Assembly: GCA_002721175.1 (NCBI GenBank)
Contig: PBJR01000008.1
Location: 108,685-172,684 of the forward strand
From: Flavobacteriaceae bacterium
GTDB lineage: Bacteria; Bacteroidota; Bacteroidia; Flavobacteriales; Flavobacteriaceae
DNA length: 64,000 bases
Direction: 5' to 3'
Shown here: positions 30,738 through 40,302 of the stretch, piece by piece
Position numbering within the stretch: the first letter of the stretch is position 1
How the letters are laid out: the number at the start of each line of letters is the position of its first letter
Made by a program: the position numbers and the translations under genes
Notes under the pieces: generated by a model
Told to the model about the DNA's origin: nothing
Seen by the model: only the letters and a program-made list of their open reading frames with translations
Databases searched by the model: none

Positions 30738-33311
30738 TTATTTTTTTCTAGTTATCGCCTTCTTTATAATATTATAAGCCGGTGTGGGATTTAAATTTCT
30801 ATCATATATAGACTGAAAATAGATTGAAGGTTTTTTTAGCCTTTCTCCCATATCCCAGAGATTTAAAGTTACAGTACCTGAATTTATTTTTGATTGCAGA
30901 ACATTAACGATTTTTTGGTAAAGCTCTGCCTGAATTTGTAATTCCTTTTTCAAATTTGACATATCACTAACCCTATAATCGAGTTCAGTCACGTGAAAAT
31001 CTAAATTGTTTGCATGTGCCCAATCAATTAGATTGGACAACTCAATTAAAGCTTTTTCAGATTTCTCAATAAAATCATTTGTAGAGCGACTGAGATTTAG
31101 ATGTCCTTGCCATCCAATACCATCAACTCTCAATCCTCTTGATCTTAGATAGGTTATAGTGTTTTTTATTTTTTTCCACATTGCTGGTTGCATACCCCCA
31201 TTTTGATTATAAACTAACTTCACGTTAGGAGCATGCTGAGTAGCAATTTTAAAGGCTTTTACAATATAATTTGGATAACCGTTTTCGTCAAACCCCATCT
31301 TTAACCATGGGTTCTCCCATAAATTAGTCCCTTTTTTAGGTCCAAACCAATTTCCATTAGGGAGGACAGTTTCATTAACCACGTCCATGTATTTGATATT
31401 TTTTTCTTCATTATAACGTTTGGATGACTGAATCATAAAATCAGTCATTACTTTTTCAAGCTCATTTGCGGTTCTATAATCTTCTTTAGCCCACTTAGAT
31501 GCTTGAGGACTAACTGGTCCATGGATTCTTAGAGTCAAATTATTTTCATTTGCAAACTTTATAAATTTATTAATTCGGTCCCACTGCCACAAACCTGGAG
31601 ATGGATGAACTCTAGATTGTTTTGCAGAGTTGGCAGGAGTCAAAAAATCAAAATCTTTGAGAAAAAGAGATTCCTTTCGTGAACCAAGTTCATGGTAATT
31701 TAAAGTAGCTCCAACTTTAAATTCATTTTTTGGTCTTAAAATCTCTTTAAATGGAATATCACTCTGTTTATTAAAAAAATTGGCAGCTAATTTTTGAAAT
31801 CTTAAAACTATTTTTGTTGTATTTTCATCACTAGAAATATTCCTTGTTTCATTAGGATCAGTTAAATAATCATATAATTCTTCCGCATAAATATCACTTT
31901 CAAATATTGGATCTGTACTTTTTTTATCTTGGATCCATACAGTGTATCTGTAGCGATCAGTTCTAAAGCTGTATCCTGTTTTGTTAGAATTAGTATATTG
32001 ACTTACTGCAAAAGGTTTTACAGAAATTTGATTGCCTCGAACCATTGACATCAAACTTACCCCATCTAAATTTTCTGGAATTTGAAGGCCGGCGGCATCG
32101 CAAAGAGTAGGAAATAAATCGATAAACTCAGTGGGTGAAGTGATAGTTATTTTCTTTTCAACTCTGGGATCAAATATAATTAATGGAGCTCTCGTAGCTT
32201 GTTCAAAATTTGAGTGCTTATTCCACAAACCATGATCTCCTAAATGCCAACCGTGATCTCCCCAAACCACAACGATAGTATTATCGCTCAGACCCGTAGA
32301 TTTTAATTTGTCTATTATTTTACCTATTTGGGCATCAACAAAACTGGTACTTGCATAATATCCATGAATTAAGTCCTTTTGAAAATTTTCAGTTAAAACA
32401 ACCTTATTATTAGTTGATGTTTCATATGAAATATCATGGGTGATATAAGATCTCAATTCACCTGAACTGTGATATGCAATACTCGGACCATTCTTAGAAT
32501 TTTCTTGAAAAGAAGCTATATCAAAATCAGATGAATTATATAAATCCCAATAATCTTTAGGCATCGCAAATGGCAAATGAGGTCTTTTAAAACCAACAGC
32601 TAAAAAAAATGGTTTTTTTGTAGCTTTTTCTTTAAAATCTTCTAAATATTTTATCGCTTGAACAGCCAAAGCTCCATCAACGTAAGCTTCATCAGGTGCT
32701 TCGCTTATTGAAATTGGTGGTTTGTATCTTTCTCTTACATAGGCACCTAAATTATTAACCCCTTTCGTTTTTGCCTCAAGTCTTAATTTTTTAATTTTTT
32801 CTTTTACTTCTAAATTTTGATAAAATCCGAGTGCAGGTGCACCAAAATTATCAGGATAATCTAGCTTATGTTCAGGGACAAAGGGTTCTGACCAAGACGG
32901 TTCGTCTCTAAGCTTGTCAACGCACCTTGGATCAAAAATTTTTCCGATTCCAACAGTATAATATCCTTGATCTTTAAAATATTGTGGAATGGTAACAATA
33001 TTTGGAACCATCTCTCTCATTTTAGTTTTCAAATCTCTAACTAGTGTGTAGTCAGGACGCTTTCCAGTTAATAAACTAGCTCTGGAGGGGCCACAAATTG
33101 CTTGTTGAGAATGATTATTTAAAAATACTGCTCCATTTTCAGAGATCTTATCTAATTGTGGGGTTTGAGCAAGAGGATCACCAAATGAACCAATAGTTGG
33201 TTTTAAATCATCAACAGAAATAAATAAAATATTGGGGTAATGGCTGTTTTGAGAATGTACTGAAAACGACAACAACGAAAGAGAAAGATATTTAAGAAAA
33301 TTTCCAACCAT
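30738..33311 (-). CDS. Bimodular S1_7-like sulfatase fused to a divergent GH10 glycoside hydrolase
   Basis: aa ~25-515 sulfatase (PNILFISVDDLKP, CGPSRASLLTG, PHLPF, GDHG, WNKH); aa ~530-857 GH10-like (TPANSAK, MDVVNE, GIGWQGH, HVTELD). One continuous ORF. Confidence 0.9.
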   Translation of the reverse strand: MVGNFLKYLSLSLLSFSVHSQNSHYPNILFISVDDLKPTIGSFGDPLAQTPQLDKISENGAVFLNNHSQQAICGPSRASLLTGKRPDYTLVRDLKTKMREMVPNIVTIPQYFKDQGYYTVGIGKIFDPRCVDKLRDEPSWSEPFVPEHKLDYPDNFGAPALGFYQNLEVKEKIKKLRLEAKTKGVNNLGAYVRERYKPPISISEAPDEAYVDGALAVQAIKYLEDFKEKATKKPFFLAVGFKRPHLPFAMPKDYWDLYNSSDFDIASFQENSKNGPSIAYHSSGELRSYITHDISYETSTNNKVVLTENFQKDLIHGYYASTSFVDAQIGKIIDKLKSTGLSDNTIVVVWGDHGWHLGDHGLWNKHSNFEQATRAPLIIFDPRVEKKITITSPTEFIDLFPTLCDAAGLQIPENLDGVSLMSMVRGNQISVKPFAVSQYTNSNKTGYSFRTDRYRYTVWIQDKKSTDPIFESDIYAEELYDYLTDPNETRNISSDENTTKIVLRFQKLAANFFNKQSDIPFKEILRPKNEFKVGATLNYHELGSRKESLFLKDFDFLTPANSAKQSRVHPSPGLWQWDRINKFIKFANENNLTLRIHGPVSPQASKWAKEDYRTANELEKVMTDFMIQSSKRYNEEKNIKYMDVVNETVLPNGNWFGPKKGTNLWENPWLKMGFDENGYPNYIVKAFKIATQHAPNVKLVYNQNGGMQPAMWKKIKNTITYLRSRGLRVDGIGWQGHLNLSRSTNDFIEKSEKALIELSNLIDWAHANNLDFHVTELDYRVSDMSNLKKELQIQAELYQKIVNVLQSKINSGTVTLNLWDMGERLKKPSIYFQSIYDRNLNPTPAYNIIKKAITRKK

Positions 33312-33331
33312 TAATTTAATTTTTAAAATTG

Positions 33332-34126
33332 TTAGTAGTCAGCCTGTATTTTTAAATAATCATTGACATTACAATTATAAAGACTTGAAAACAACTTCAT
33401 GGCGAATCGGCGAAAACTTGACTTTGCACTTTCAAAAGAATCTCTTCCATACATGTTGTAATTATAGTTACAACCATTAGAATTATATTTAGACTCGCCT
33501 CTAATTGCATATTTTTCACCTTTTTCAAGCATAATTAATTTAACAGTGTCAACTGAACGGGATCTTATTGTATATGTTATTGAAATTTCAGCAATCTCAT
33601 TTCTGTCAAGATCAGTTAGTCTAACACCATCAAGTTCAATACCTAAGCCTTTTTCAAAATCCTTAATCTCTCGGACTAATACGGGTTTATTACCATAAAT
33701 AATATCATCTGAATAGTGATAAGCTCTTAAATCACAATAATGATATCCATCTCCACATCCTTTTCTGGCAGTTATAATTAGAGTATTTTTTCCTAAATCA
33801 TCCTTCCATGTGTATATATCTATAATATCGCTGTAGCTCATTGCTAAGGGAATTGATTTGAAGCTTGGTTTATCGTATTCAATTTGTTGGGCCTCAAATT
33901 CAAATACACAATCGAGATCATCAGCTTGCTTACCAGTTTTCTTTTCATATTTCTTCCAAAGATCTAGACATTCACCAGGCCCATTAGTATATAAGCATTC
34001 ACAGAGCTGGTTCTCGTAATATTTTTCCATTACTTGACTGGTTCTTTTGTCTTTATTCCTTTTTGTCTTTTCATCACAACTAGAAAACAATGATGCGCAA
34101 AATAAAATAATTAATATTTTTTTCAT
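33332..34126 (-). CDS. Hypothetical lipoprotein; C-terminal part resembles the M949_RS01915-type family
   Basis: Lipobox LFSSC; Cys-rich N-terminal segment; WKDDLGKN, LTDLDRNEIAEI, KLIMLEKGEKYAIRGE. Family assignment is from recall only. Confidence 0.55.
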   Translation of the reverse strand: MKKILIILFCASLFSSCDEKTKRNKDKRTSQVMEKYYENQLCECLYTNGPGECLDLWKKYEKKTGKQADDLDCVFEFEAQQIEYDKPSFKSIPLAMSYSDIIDIYTWKDDLGKNTLIITARKGCGDGYHYCDLRAYHYSDDIIYGNKPVLVREIKDFEKGLGIELDGVRLTDLDRNEIAEISITYTIRSRSVDTVKLIMLEKGEKYAIRGESKYNSNGCNYNYNMYGRDSFESAKSSFRRFAMKLFSSLYNCNVNDYLKIQADY

Positions 34127-34250
34127 AAAAAAAAGATTTTGATTTGTCTAAAAAACTAAAAATGATGTTTTCTAAAACTAATTTTTTCTAAAGTTAATAT
34201 ATAAAATTTGAATTAAAATATATAACATGTAATTAATAAATTAGTGTTAT

Positions 34251-34258
34251 TAAATTTG
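34251..34258 (+). promoter_or_regulatory. Bacteroidota -7 element for the FGE gene
   Basis: TAAATTTG matches TAnnTTTG, 28 nt upstream of ATG 34287; the AT-rich background lowers certainty. Confidence 0.5.
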
Positions 34259-34286
34259 TAAATTGTATAATTATTTTTTTTAGTAT

Positions 34287-35336
34287 ATGTCATTTATTCA
34301 AAAGATTATCATTAGAAATAAATTTTTAATTGCATTAATTATAATTTCGTGCAATGAAAACACTAAAATAAATACCTCAACTTCTAAAGAAAAGGTTGAT
34401 GGAATGGTATGGATAAAAGGAGGTACATTTGGAATGGGAGCTAATGAAAATGATACTTATGCTGAGCCACATGAAAAACCAAAACATGCTGTAAAAGTTG
34501 ATGGATTTTACATGGACGAAACTGAGGTTACTAATGAAGAATTTGAAGAATTTGTAAATGCAACCGGATACATTACAACAGCTGAAAAATATGTTGATTG
34601 GGAAACATTAAAAAAAGAACTACCCGCTAACACTCCAAAATTTCATGATTCATTGCTCGATTGCGGATCTTTCGTTTTCATGACAAAAAAATCTCAAAAT
34701 TCGTGGTGGGATTTTAAAAATGGGGCAAACTGGAAAAATCCTCAGGGTAAAGGCAGTAGTATTGTAGGAAAAGAAAAACATCCAGTTGTTCATATTTCAT
34801 ATAAAGATGCTTTAGCTTATTGCGAATGGACAGGCAAAAGATTACCTACAGAAGCTGAATGGGAATATGCCGCGAGAGGCGGGAAAAAAAATAAAATTTA
34901 TTTTTGGGGTAATTTAGCTAATAATCTTTCGCTCAATATAAACATATGGACTGGTAATTTTCCTTCAAAAAACAGCAAAGAGGACGGATTTGAAAAAAGT
35001 GCGCCTGTTAAATCATTTCCGCCCAATGAGTTTGGCTTGTATGAGATCTCGGGAAATGTTTGGGAATGGACAAGTGATTGGTACAATGTTATGTATTATG
35101 CAGAATGCCTGAAAACTGGATTAATAAATAATCCAAGGGGTGCTCAGAAAGCATATGACCCAAATAGTCGGCATGGTCTATCTGCACATGCCAACGTGAA
35201 AGTAATTAGAGGTGGATCTTTTCTATGTCATAATTCGTATTGCGCTAATTATCGGGTTTCGTCTAGACACCCACAAGGAATTGAGGACACAGCTGAACAC
35301 ATTGGATTTAGAACTGTGTTAGATGAAAAAAAATGA
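34287..35336 (+). CDS. Formylglycine-generating enzyme (SUMF1/FGE sulfatase maturase), probable lipoprotein
   Basis: Motifs HPVVHIS..DA.AYC.W.GKRLPTEAEWEYAARGG, GNVWEW, RGGSFLCHNSYC..YR (both catalytic Cys), HIGFRTV; lipobox IISC. Confidence 0.93.
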   Translation: MSFIQKIIIRNKFLIALIIISCNENTKINTSTSKEKVDGMVWIKGGTFGMGANENDTYAEPHEKPKHAVKVDGFYMDETEVTNEEFEEFVNATGYITTAEKYVDWETLKKELPANTPKFHDSLLDCGSFVFMTKKSQNSWWDFKNGANWKNPQGKGSSIVGKEKHPVVHISYKDALAYCEWTGKRLPTEAEWEYAARGGKKNKIYFWGNLANNLSLNINIWTGNFPSKNSKEDGFEKSAPVKSFPPNEFGLYEISGNVWEWTSDWYNVMYYAECLKTGLINNPRGAQKAYDPNSRHGLSAHANVKVIRGGSFLCHNSYCANYRVSSRHPQGIEDTAEHIGFRTVLDEKK

Positions 35337-38300
35337 ATATTTTTGCTATAAATAAAACCCTAGGTATTTTGACAATTCGTTATTGTTCTGCTTTACTACT
35401 AATTTGTGTATTTTTCTCATCAGCACAAACTATCAGAATTAACGAGGTAGTTTCTTCAAATTCAGTTTATTTAGATGAAGACGGTGATACCCCCGACTGG
35501 TTTGAACTCCATAATTATGGAACCCAAAATGTATCACTAGAAAATTGGAACATAACTGACGATTCAAACGTATTAGATAAATGGTCTTTTCCATCAGTAA
35601 TACTTCAGCCAAATGAATACCTTTTAATTTGGGCTTCTGGAAAAGACAGAACTATCAATACTTTTTCTAGAACCTTAATTAACCAAGGCGATGTTTTTAA
35701 ATATAACATTCCAAACAATGAGCCTGATATAAATTGGAAAAATTTAAATTTTGATTCATCGTTATGGTCTAATGGCTCTTCAGGATTTGGATATGGAGAT
35801 GAAGATGATAACACCAGTATTCCTTACGGGACGCTTTCTGTTTATCTTAGAAAAATATTTAATATTAATGACCTTGAAAATTTAATTTCTATCATATTAG
35901 ATATAGACTATGACGATGCTTTTGTAGCTTACATTAATGGAATTGAAATTTGTAGAGCAAATATAAATGGAGTACCACCCCCATTTAATTCAAATGACAT
36001 TAATACTGATCACGAAGCACAAATGTATTCAGGAGGACTTCCTGATAGATTTAATTTAACAGATTTCAGCTCCTATCTCCTAGAAGGTGAAAATGTTTTA
36101 GCAATACAAGCACATAATATAAGTTCTGGCTCTTCTGACTTCACAATAATACCATTCTTATCAGCAATTTACTCATCACCAAATACCTCTGGTATTGATC
36201 CGCCTGAAATATTGAATTTAAGCGATGACAACCCATACCATACAAATTTTAAGATCTCTTCATCGTCAGAGACATTAACTTTATCTAACGATTCTGGGAT
36301 AATAGTAGACGAAGTTTTGGTTGAGGGACTGCCTGCTAATACATCTATAGGAGTATCTACTTATTCTGGTAATATTGTGACGTACACTGAGACAACTCCA
36401 GGATATGAAAACTCAGATGAAGAGTTTTTAGGAAGTATACAACAAGAAGTTGTTTTTTCAGAAAATGGAGGATTCAAAGATGGTGAATTTATTCTGACAT
36501 TATCTGGAAACACCAATTCACAAATAATCAGATATACAGAGGACGGAACTTCCCCCACACCTAATTCAGAAGCATATAGCGACCCATTTCAGGTTTCCGA
36601 AAACTCAAGTATAAGAGCTAGAATTTTTCAAGAGAATTACTTACCCTCTAGTGTTTTTACAGAATCATATGTTTTTGGTAATAATCATGATATTGACGCA
36701 ATTATGTTAACTGTTGATCCAGTTGATTTTTTTGATGACGAAGATGGTATTTATGTGTTTGGCCCTGAGGGAACATACGACCAAGGGCAGCCCCACTTTG
36801 GTGCTAATTTTTGGGAAGATTGGGAACGCCCTGTTCACCTATCATTTCATGAAACGAATAGCGAATTAGTCTCAAGTTTTAACGGTGGTGTAAAAATTTT
36901 TGGTGGTTGGAGTAGAGGTCAGAATGGGCAAAGATCTTTATCATTTTTTGCTAGAGGTCAATACGGAGATTCAAAATTTGAGCACCCATATTTTGATAAT
37001 CTTGACTATGATGACTTTCAAGCTCTTGTGTTAAGGAGCTCTGGACAAGATTGGCTTAGATCAAATATAAAAGATATTACCTTGACAAGTCTGATGCGTG
37101 GATCAGGTCTGGATTTTCAGGAACATAATCCTGTTGCAACTTACATCAATGGGGAGTACTGGGGAATGTATAACATGCGTGAAAAAGTAAATGAACACAT
37201 GTTAGCATCAAAGCATAACATCGATGCAGATAGAATCACGTTACTTTTTGGTAATGCAGAAATTATTGAGGGTGATAATGACGAATACAACGAATTGATC
37301 GATTATATCCAAAATACTGACCTAACAGACGAATTAAACTTTGATTATGTTAGACAAAGAGTTGATTTAAAGCAATATGCGCTTTATCAGGCAACAAATA
37401 TTTTTATAAATAATACTGATTGGCCAGGAAATAATATAAAATTTTGGAAACATCCAGACACTAAATGGAGGTGGATAATGTACGATACTGACTTTGGTTT
37501 TGGACCATGGTGGAATTGGGGGAATTTTTCAGAAAATACTCTAAATTTTGCATTAAATCCAAACGGTCCTGGTTGGCCTAATCCTCCATGGTCAACTCTT
37601 TTATTCAGAAAATTAATTACAAATTTGAGTTTTAGAAATCAGTTCATAAACCGATATGCTGATGAATTAAATACTCGTTTTTTGAGCGACAATGTTTCAC
37701 AACACATTAACCAAATATTTCAATCTGTTCAACCTGAAATAGTTGATCACTTCAACCGATGGAAAGATGATCCTTCAGTTTGGTATGAAATTTCAGATAT
37801 AAGTGGCCATAATGGCTTTTACATATGGGCAATGACTAATTTTGCTAATCAAAGGCCCTCAATAGCCAAAGAGCATATCAAAGAAGAATTTAATCTTCCC
37901 AATTTTCATCCACTTACTATAACCAACCAAGATATTGCAGCAGGGTTCGTTGAAGTGAATGAAAATTTAAACATTCAGGAGTTCTCTTGGACAGGTGATT
38001 ATTTTGAAACTGTTCCTGTAAAACTTACTGCAACAGCGGAAATTGGCTACGAATTTTCTCATTGGAGTGGAGATTTATTTTCAACTAACCCTACGATAGA
38101 AATTTTATTAGATGGAGCTTTCGAAGTTATTCCAAATTTTACATCTTTACCACCAAGTATTGTCATTAACGAAATAAATTATCGATCAAGCGGTTCTTTT
38201 AATGTAGATGATTGGATAGAATTATATAACCCAAAAAACAATAGCATTGATTTATCAAATTGGAAAATTAAAGATAATGACGACTCACATGTTTTTGTTT

Positions 38301-38869
38301 TTCCAGAAGGAACTCAAATAAATGGCAACGGATTTCTAATAATTGTGAAGGACCAAGCTGATTTTATTAATTTTTTCCCTGAAATACCTTTTATTGGAGA
38401 TTTAGATTTTGGTTTTGGTAGCTCAGACGCTGTAAGGTTATTTAATTCCGATAACACACTAATCGATGAAGTTTACTATGAATCCGAAGAACCCTGGCCT
38501 ACTTGTGCAGATGAAACAGGTAATACTATCGAATTAATAGATCCTGACTTAGATAATACTGTTGCTGAAAACTGGGATTGTATTAACCAAAATGGAAGTC
38601 CAAATGCTGTAAATTCTAGCGAATTGAGCGCAATAGAAATGGATAATGAAAAAATAATCAATATGTATCCAAATCCAGTATTTGATATATTAAATATTTC
38701 GGGAACAGAAAGTTCTTATGATGTTGAGATATACACAGTTTTGGGACAAAAAGTCATAGAAAAGTCAAACACAAATGCAATAGACCTTAGCTTATTGAAG
38801 CAAGGTATTTATTTAGTAAAAATAACCAACGAAAAATATGTGATTACTGAGCGAATTATTAAGAATTAA
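35333..38869 (+). CDS. T9SS-secreted CotH-family atypical kinase with two lamin-tail domains
   Basis: LTDs (INEV...DWFELHN; INEINY...DWIELYN), CHB_HEX_C-like IRYTEDGTSP, CotH core (GEYWGMYNMREK, NTDWPGNN, WIMYDTD), CTD MYPNP...GIYLVK. The true start may be slightly downstream. Confidence 0.9.
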   Translation: MNIFAINKTLGILTIRYCSALLLICVFFSSAQTIRINEVVSSNSVYLDEDGDTPDWFELHNYGTQNVSLENWNITDDSNVLDKWSFPSVILQPNEYLLIWASGKDRTINTFSRTLINQGDVFKYNIPNNEPDINWKNLNFDSSLWSNGSSGFGYGDEDDNTSIPYGTLSVYLRKIFNINDLENLISIILDIDYDDAFVAYINGIEICRANINGVPPPFNSNDINTDHEAQMYSGGLPDRFNLTDFSSYLLEGENVLAIQAHNISSGSSDFTIIPFLSAIYSSPNTSGIDPPEILNLSDDNPYHTNFKISSSSETLTLSNDSGIIVDEVLVEGLPANTSIGVSTYSGNIVTYTETTPGYENSDEEFLGSIQQEVVFSENGGFKDGEFILTLSGNTNSQIIRYTEDGTSPTPNSEAYSDPFQVSENSSIRARIFQENYLPSSVFTESYVFGNNHDIDAIMLTVDPVDFFDDEDGIYVFGPEGTYDQGQPHFGANFWEDWERPVHLSFHETNSELVSSFNGGVKIFGGWSRGQNGQRSLSFFARGQYGDSKFEHPYFDNLDYDDFQALVLRSSGQDWLRSNIKDITLTSLMRGSGLDFQEHNPVATYINGEYWGMYNMREKVNEHMLASKHNIDADRITLLFGNAEIIEGDNDEYNELIDYIQNTDLTDELNFDYVRQRVDLKQYALYQATNIFINNTDWPGNNIKFWKHPDTKWRWIMYDTDFGFGPWWNWGNFSENTLNFALNPNGPGWPNPPWSTLLFRKLITNLSFRNQFINRYADELNTRFLSDNVSQHINQIFQSVQPEIVDHFNRWKDDPSVWYEISDISGHNGFYIWAMTNFANQRPSIAKEHIKEEFNLPNFHPLTITNQDIAAGFVEVNENLNIQEFSWTGDYFETVPVKLTATAEIGYEFSHWSGDLFSTNPTIEILLDGAFEVIPNFTSLPPSIVINEINYRSSGSFNVDDWIELYNPKNNSIDLSNWKIKDNDDSHVFVFPEGTQINGNGFLIIVKDQADFINFFPEIPFIGDLDFGFGSSDAVRLFNSDNTLIDEVYYESEEPWPTCADETGNTIELIDPDLDNTVAENWDCINQNGSPNAVNSSELSAIEMDNEKIINMYPNPVFDILNISGTESSYDVEIYTVLGQKVIEKSNTNAIDLSLLKQGIYLVKITNEKYVITERIIKN

Positions 38870-38904
38870 ATTGATTAATTTTCCTCTTTTCTTGATCTAT
38901 AAAA

Positions 38905-40284
38905 ATGATGATTGTAAAATTTATCGAGAAATTATTTAAATCCTACATTCCAAGCTCATTTTCAATTGCAGTAGTTCTAACATTAATCAGCTTCATTGGA
39001 GCGTTTTGTCTAACTAATGAAAGTGGTGAATCCAAATACTTAATTCAAATTTTATCATATTGGGAAAAGGGAGTTTGGGACAGCTCACTTTTAGTATTTG
39101 CTTACCAAATGATTTTAATTTTAATCCTCGGGCACATTATAGTTTTGAGCCCGACGATAGAAAATTTAATTTCAAGTCTAACAAAAAAAATTAAGACCTC
39201 CTCGCAAGCACTTGCCATTCTTTCTGTTGCAACAATGCTTTTAGCATTTTTTAATTGGGGAATGGGTCTAATTTTTGGTGCAATTTTTGCCCGAAAAATA
39301 GGGGAGCATTGCGAAAAAAATAAAATTAAAATAAATTATGCACTTGTTGGTGCTGCTGGTTACATTGGTTTAATGGTTTGGCATGGAGGAATCAGTGGAT
39401 CTGCTCCTATAAAAGCTGCAGAGAATAAACATGTTAAAGATTTATTTAAGGGGGTTGACAATGATAAATTTATAGAACTATTGCCAGAAAATATCAGCTT
39501 CAGCGATACTATACTAAGTAACAGTAATTTAATAACCTTTGGCATAACGCTGGTTATAGTGCCAATAGTCTTTTGGTTACTTAATAAATATTTAAGTCCA
39601 ACAAAGCCAAAATTTAATAATATTTCAATAAATGAGGTCAAGGCAAATAATGAAAATGAAATTGTAAAAGTTGATAGTTCAAAAACAGTTGGAATAATCT
39701 TTGGGATATTTGTAATAATATCCTTTTTTGTAAGCTATGGACATGATATAAAATCCCTAAGAATAACTCCAAATGCTTTGAATTTATTTATGTTTGGTTT
39801 AGCTATTATATTACACAAGAATTTTGTTTCATTCTTATCTGCATTAAAAACTGCTATTGGTGGAGCAAGCGGAATTTTAATTCAATTTCCATTGTATTTT
39901 GGTATAATGGGTATCATGAAATACAGCGGCCTGATAAATGTCTTGTCAGATTTTTTTATTTCAATATCTTCACAAACAACTCTTCCAATCTTTACTTTTT
40001 TTAGTGCAGCAATTGTAAATATTTTTGTGCCCAGTGGAGGTGGTCAATGGGTTATACAAGGTCCAATTATTATTGAAGCCGCAATGAATTTAGGGGTGCC
40101 TATTGAAAAAGTAATTATGTCATTGGCTTATGGAGATCAGTTAACCAACATGTTGCAACCCTTTTGGGCTTTACCTTTGTTGGCTATAACAGGACTCAAG
40201 GCAAATGAAATATTACCTTTTACATTGATAGTAATGTGCGTTGGTGGATTTATTTTTGTTGGGAGTATAATTTTTATAATGTGA
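38905..40284 (+). CDS. atoE: Short-chain fatty acid transporter (AtoE/TIGR00366 family)
   Basis: Motifs WHGGISGSAP, ILIQFPLYFGIMG, VNIFVPSGGGQW, AYGDQLTNMLQPFWALPLL. Confidence 0.9.
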   Translation: MMIVKFIEKLFKSYIPSSFSIAVVLTLISFIGAFCLTNESGESKYLIQILSYWEKGVWDSSLLVFAYQMILILILGHIIVLSPTIENLISSLTKKIKTSSQALAILSVATMLLAFFNWGMGLIFGAIFARKIGEHCEKNKIKINYALVGAAGYIGLMVWHGGISGSAPIKAAENKHVKDLFKGVDNDKFIELLPENISFSDTILSNSNLITFGITLVIVPIVFWLLNKYLSPTKPKFNNISINEVKANNENEIVKVDSSKTVGIIFGIFVIISFFVSYGHDIKSLRITPNALNLFMFGLAIILHKNFVSFLSALKTAIGGASGILIQFPLYFGIMGIMKYSGLINVLSDFFISISSQTTLPIFTFFSAAIVNIFVPSGGGQWVIQGPIIIEAAMNLGVPIEKVIMSLAYGDQLTNMLQPFWALPLLAITGLKANEILPFTLIVMCVGGFIFVGSIIFIM

Positions 40285-40302
40285 TCTACACTAATGAAAA
40301 AT

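Noticed and set aside
34146-34196. Imperfect tctaaa(a)ctaa direct repeats in the lipoprotein/FGE spacer
   Set aside because: Low complexity, irregular spacing and extreme AT content; not distinguishable from background.
16-37955. Near-identical short string gcagc(a)agggttcgttgaa at ~16-34 and ~37937-37954
   Set aside because: Short, inside unrelated coding regions on opposite coding strands, no flanking similarity; consistent with chance.
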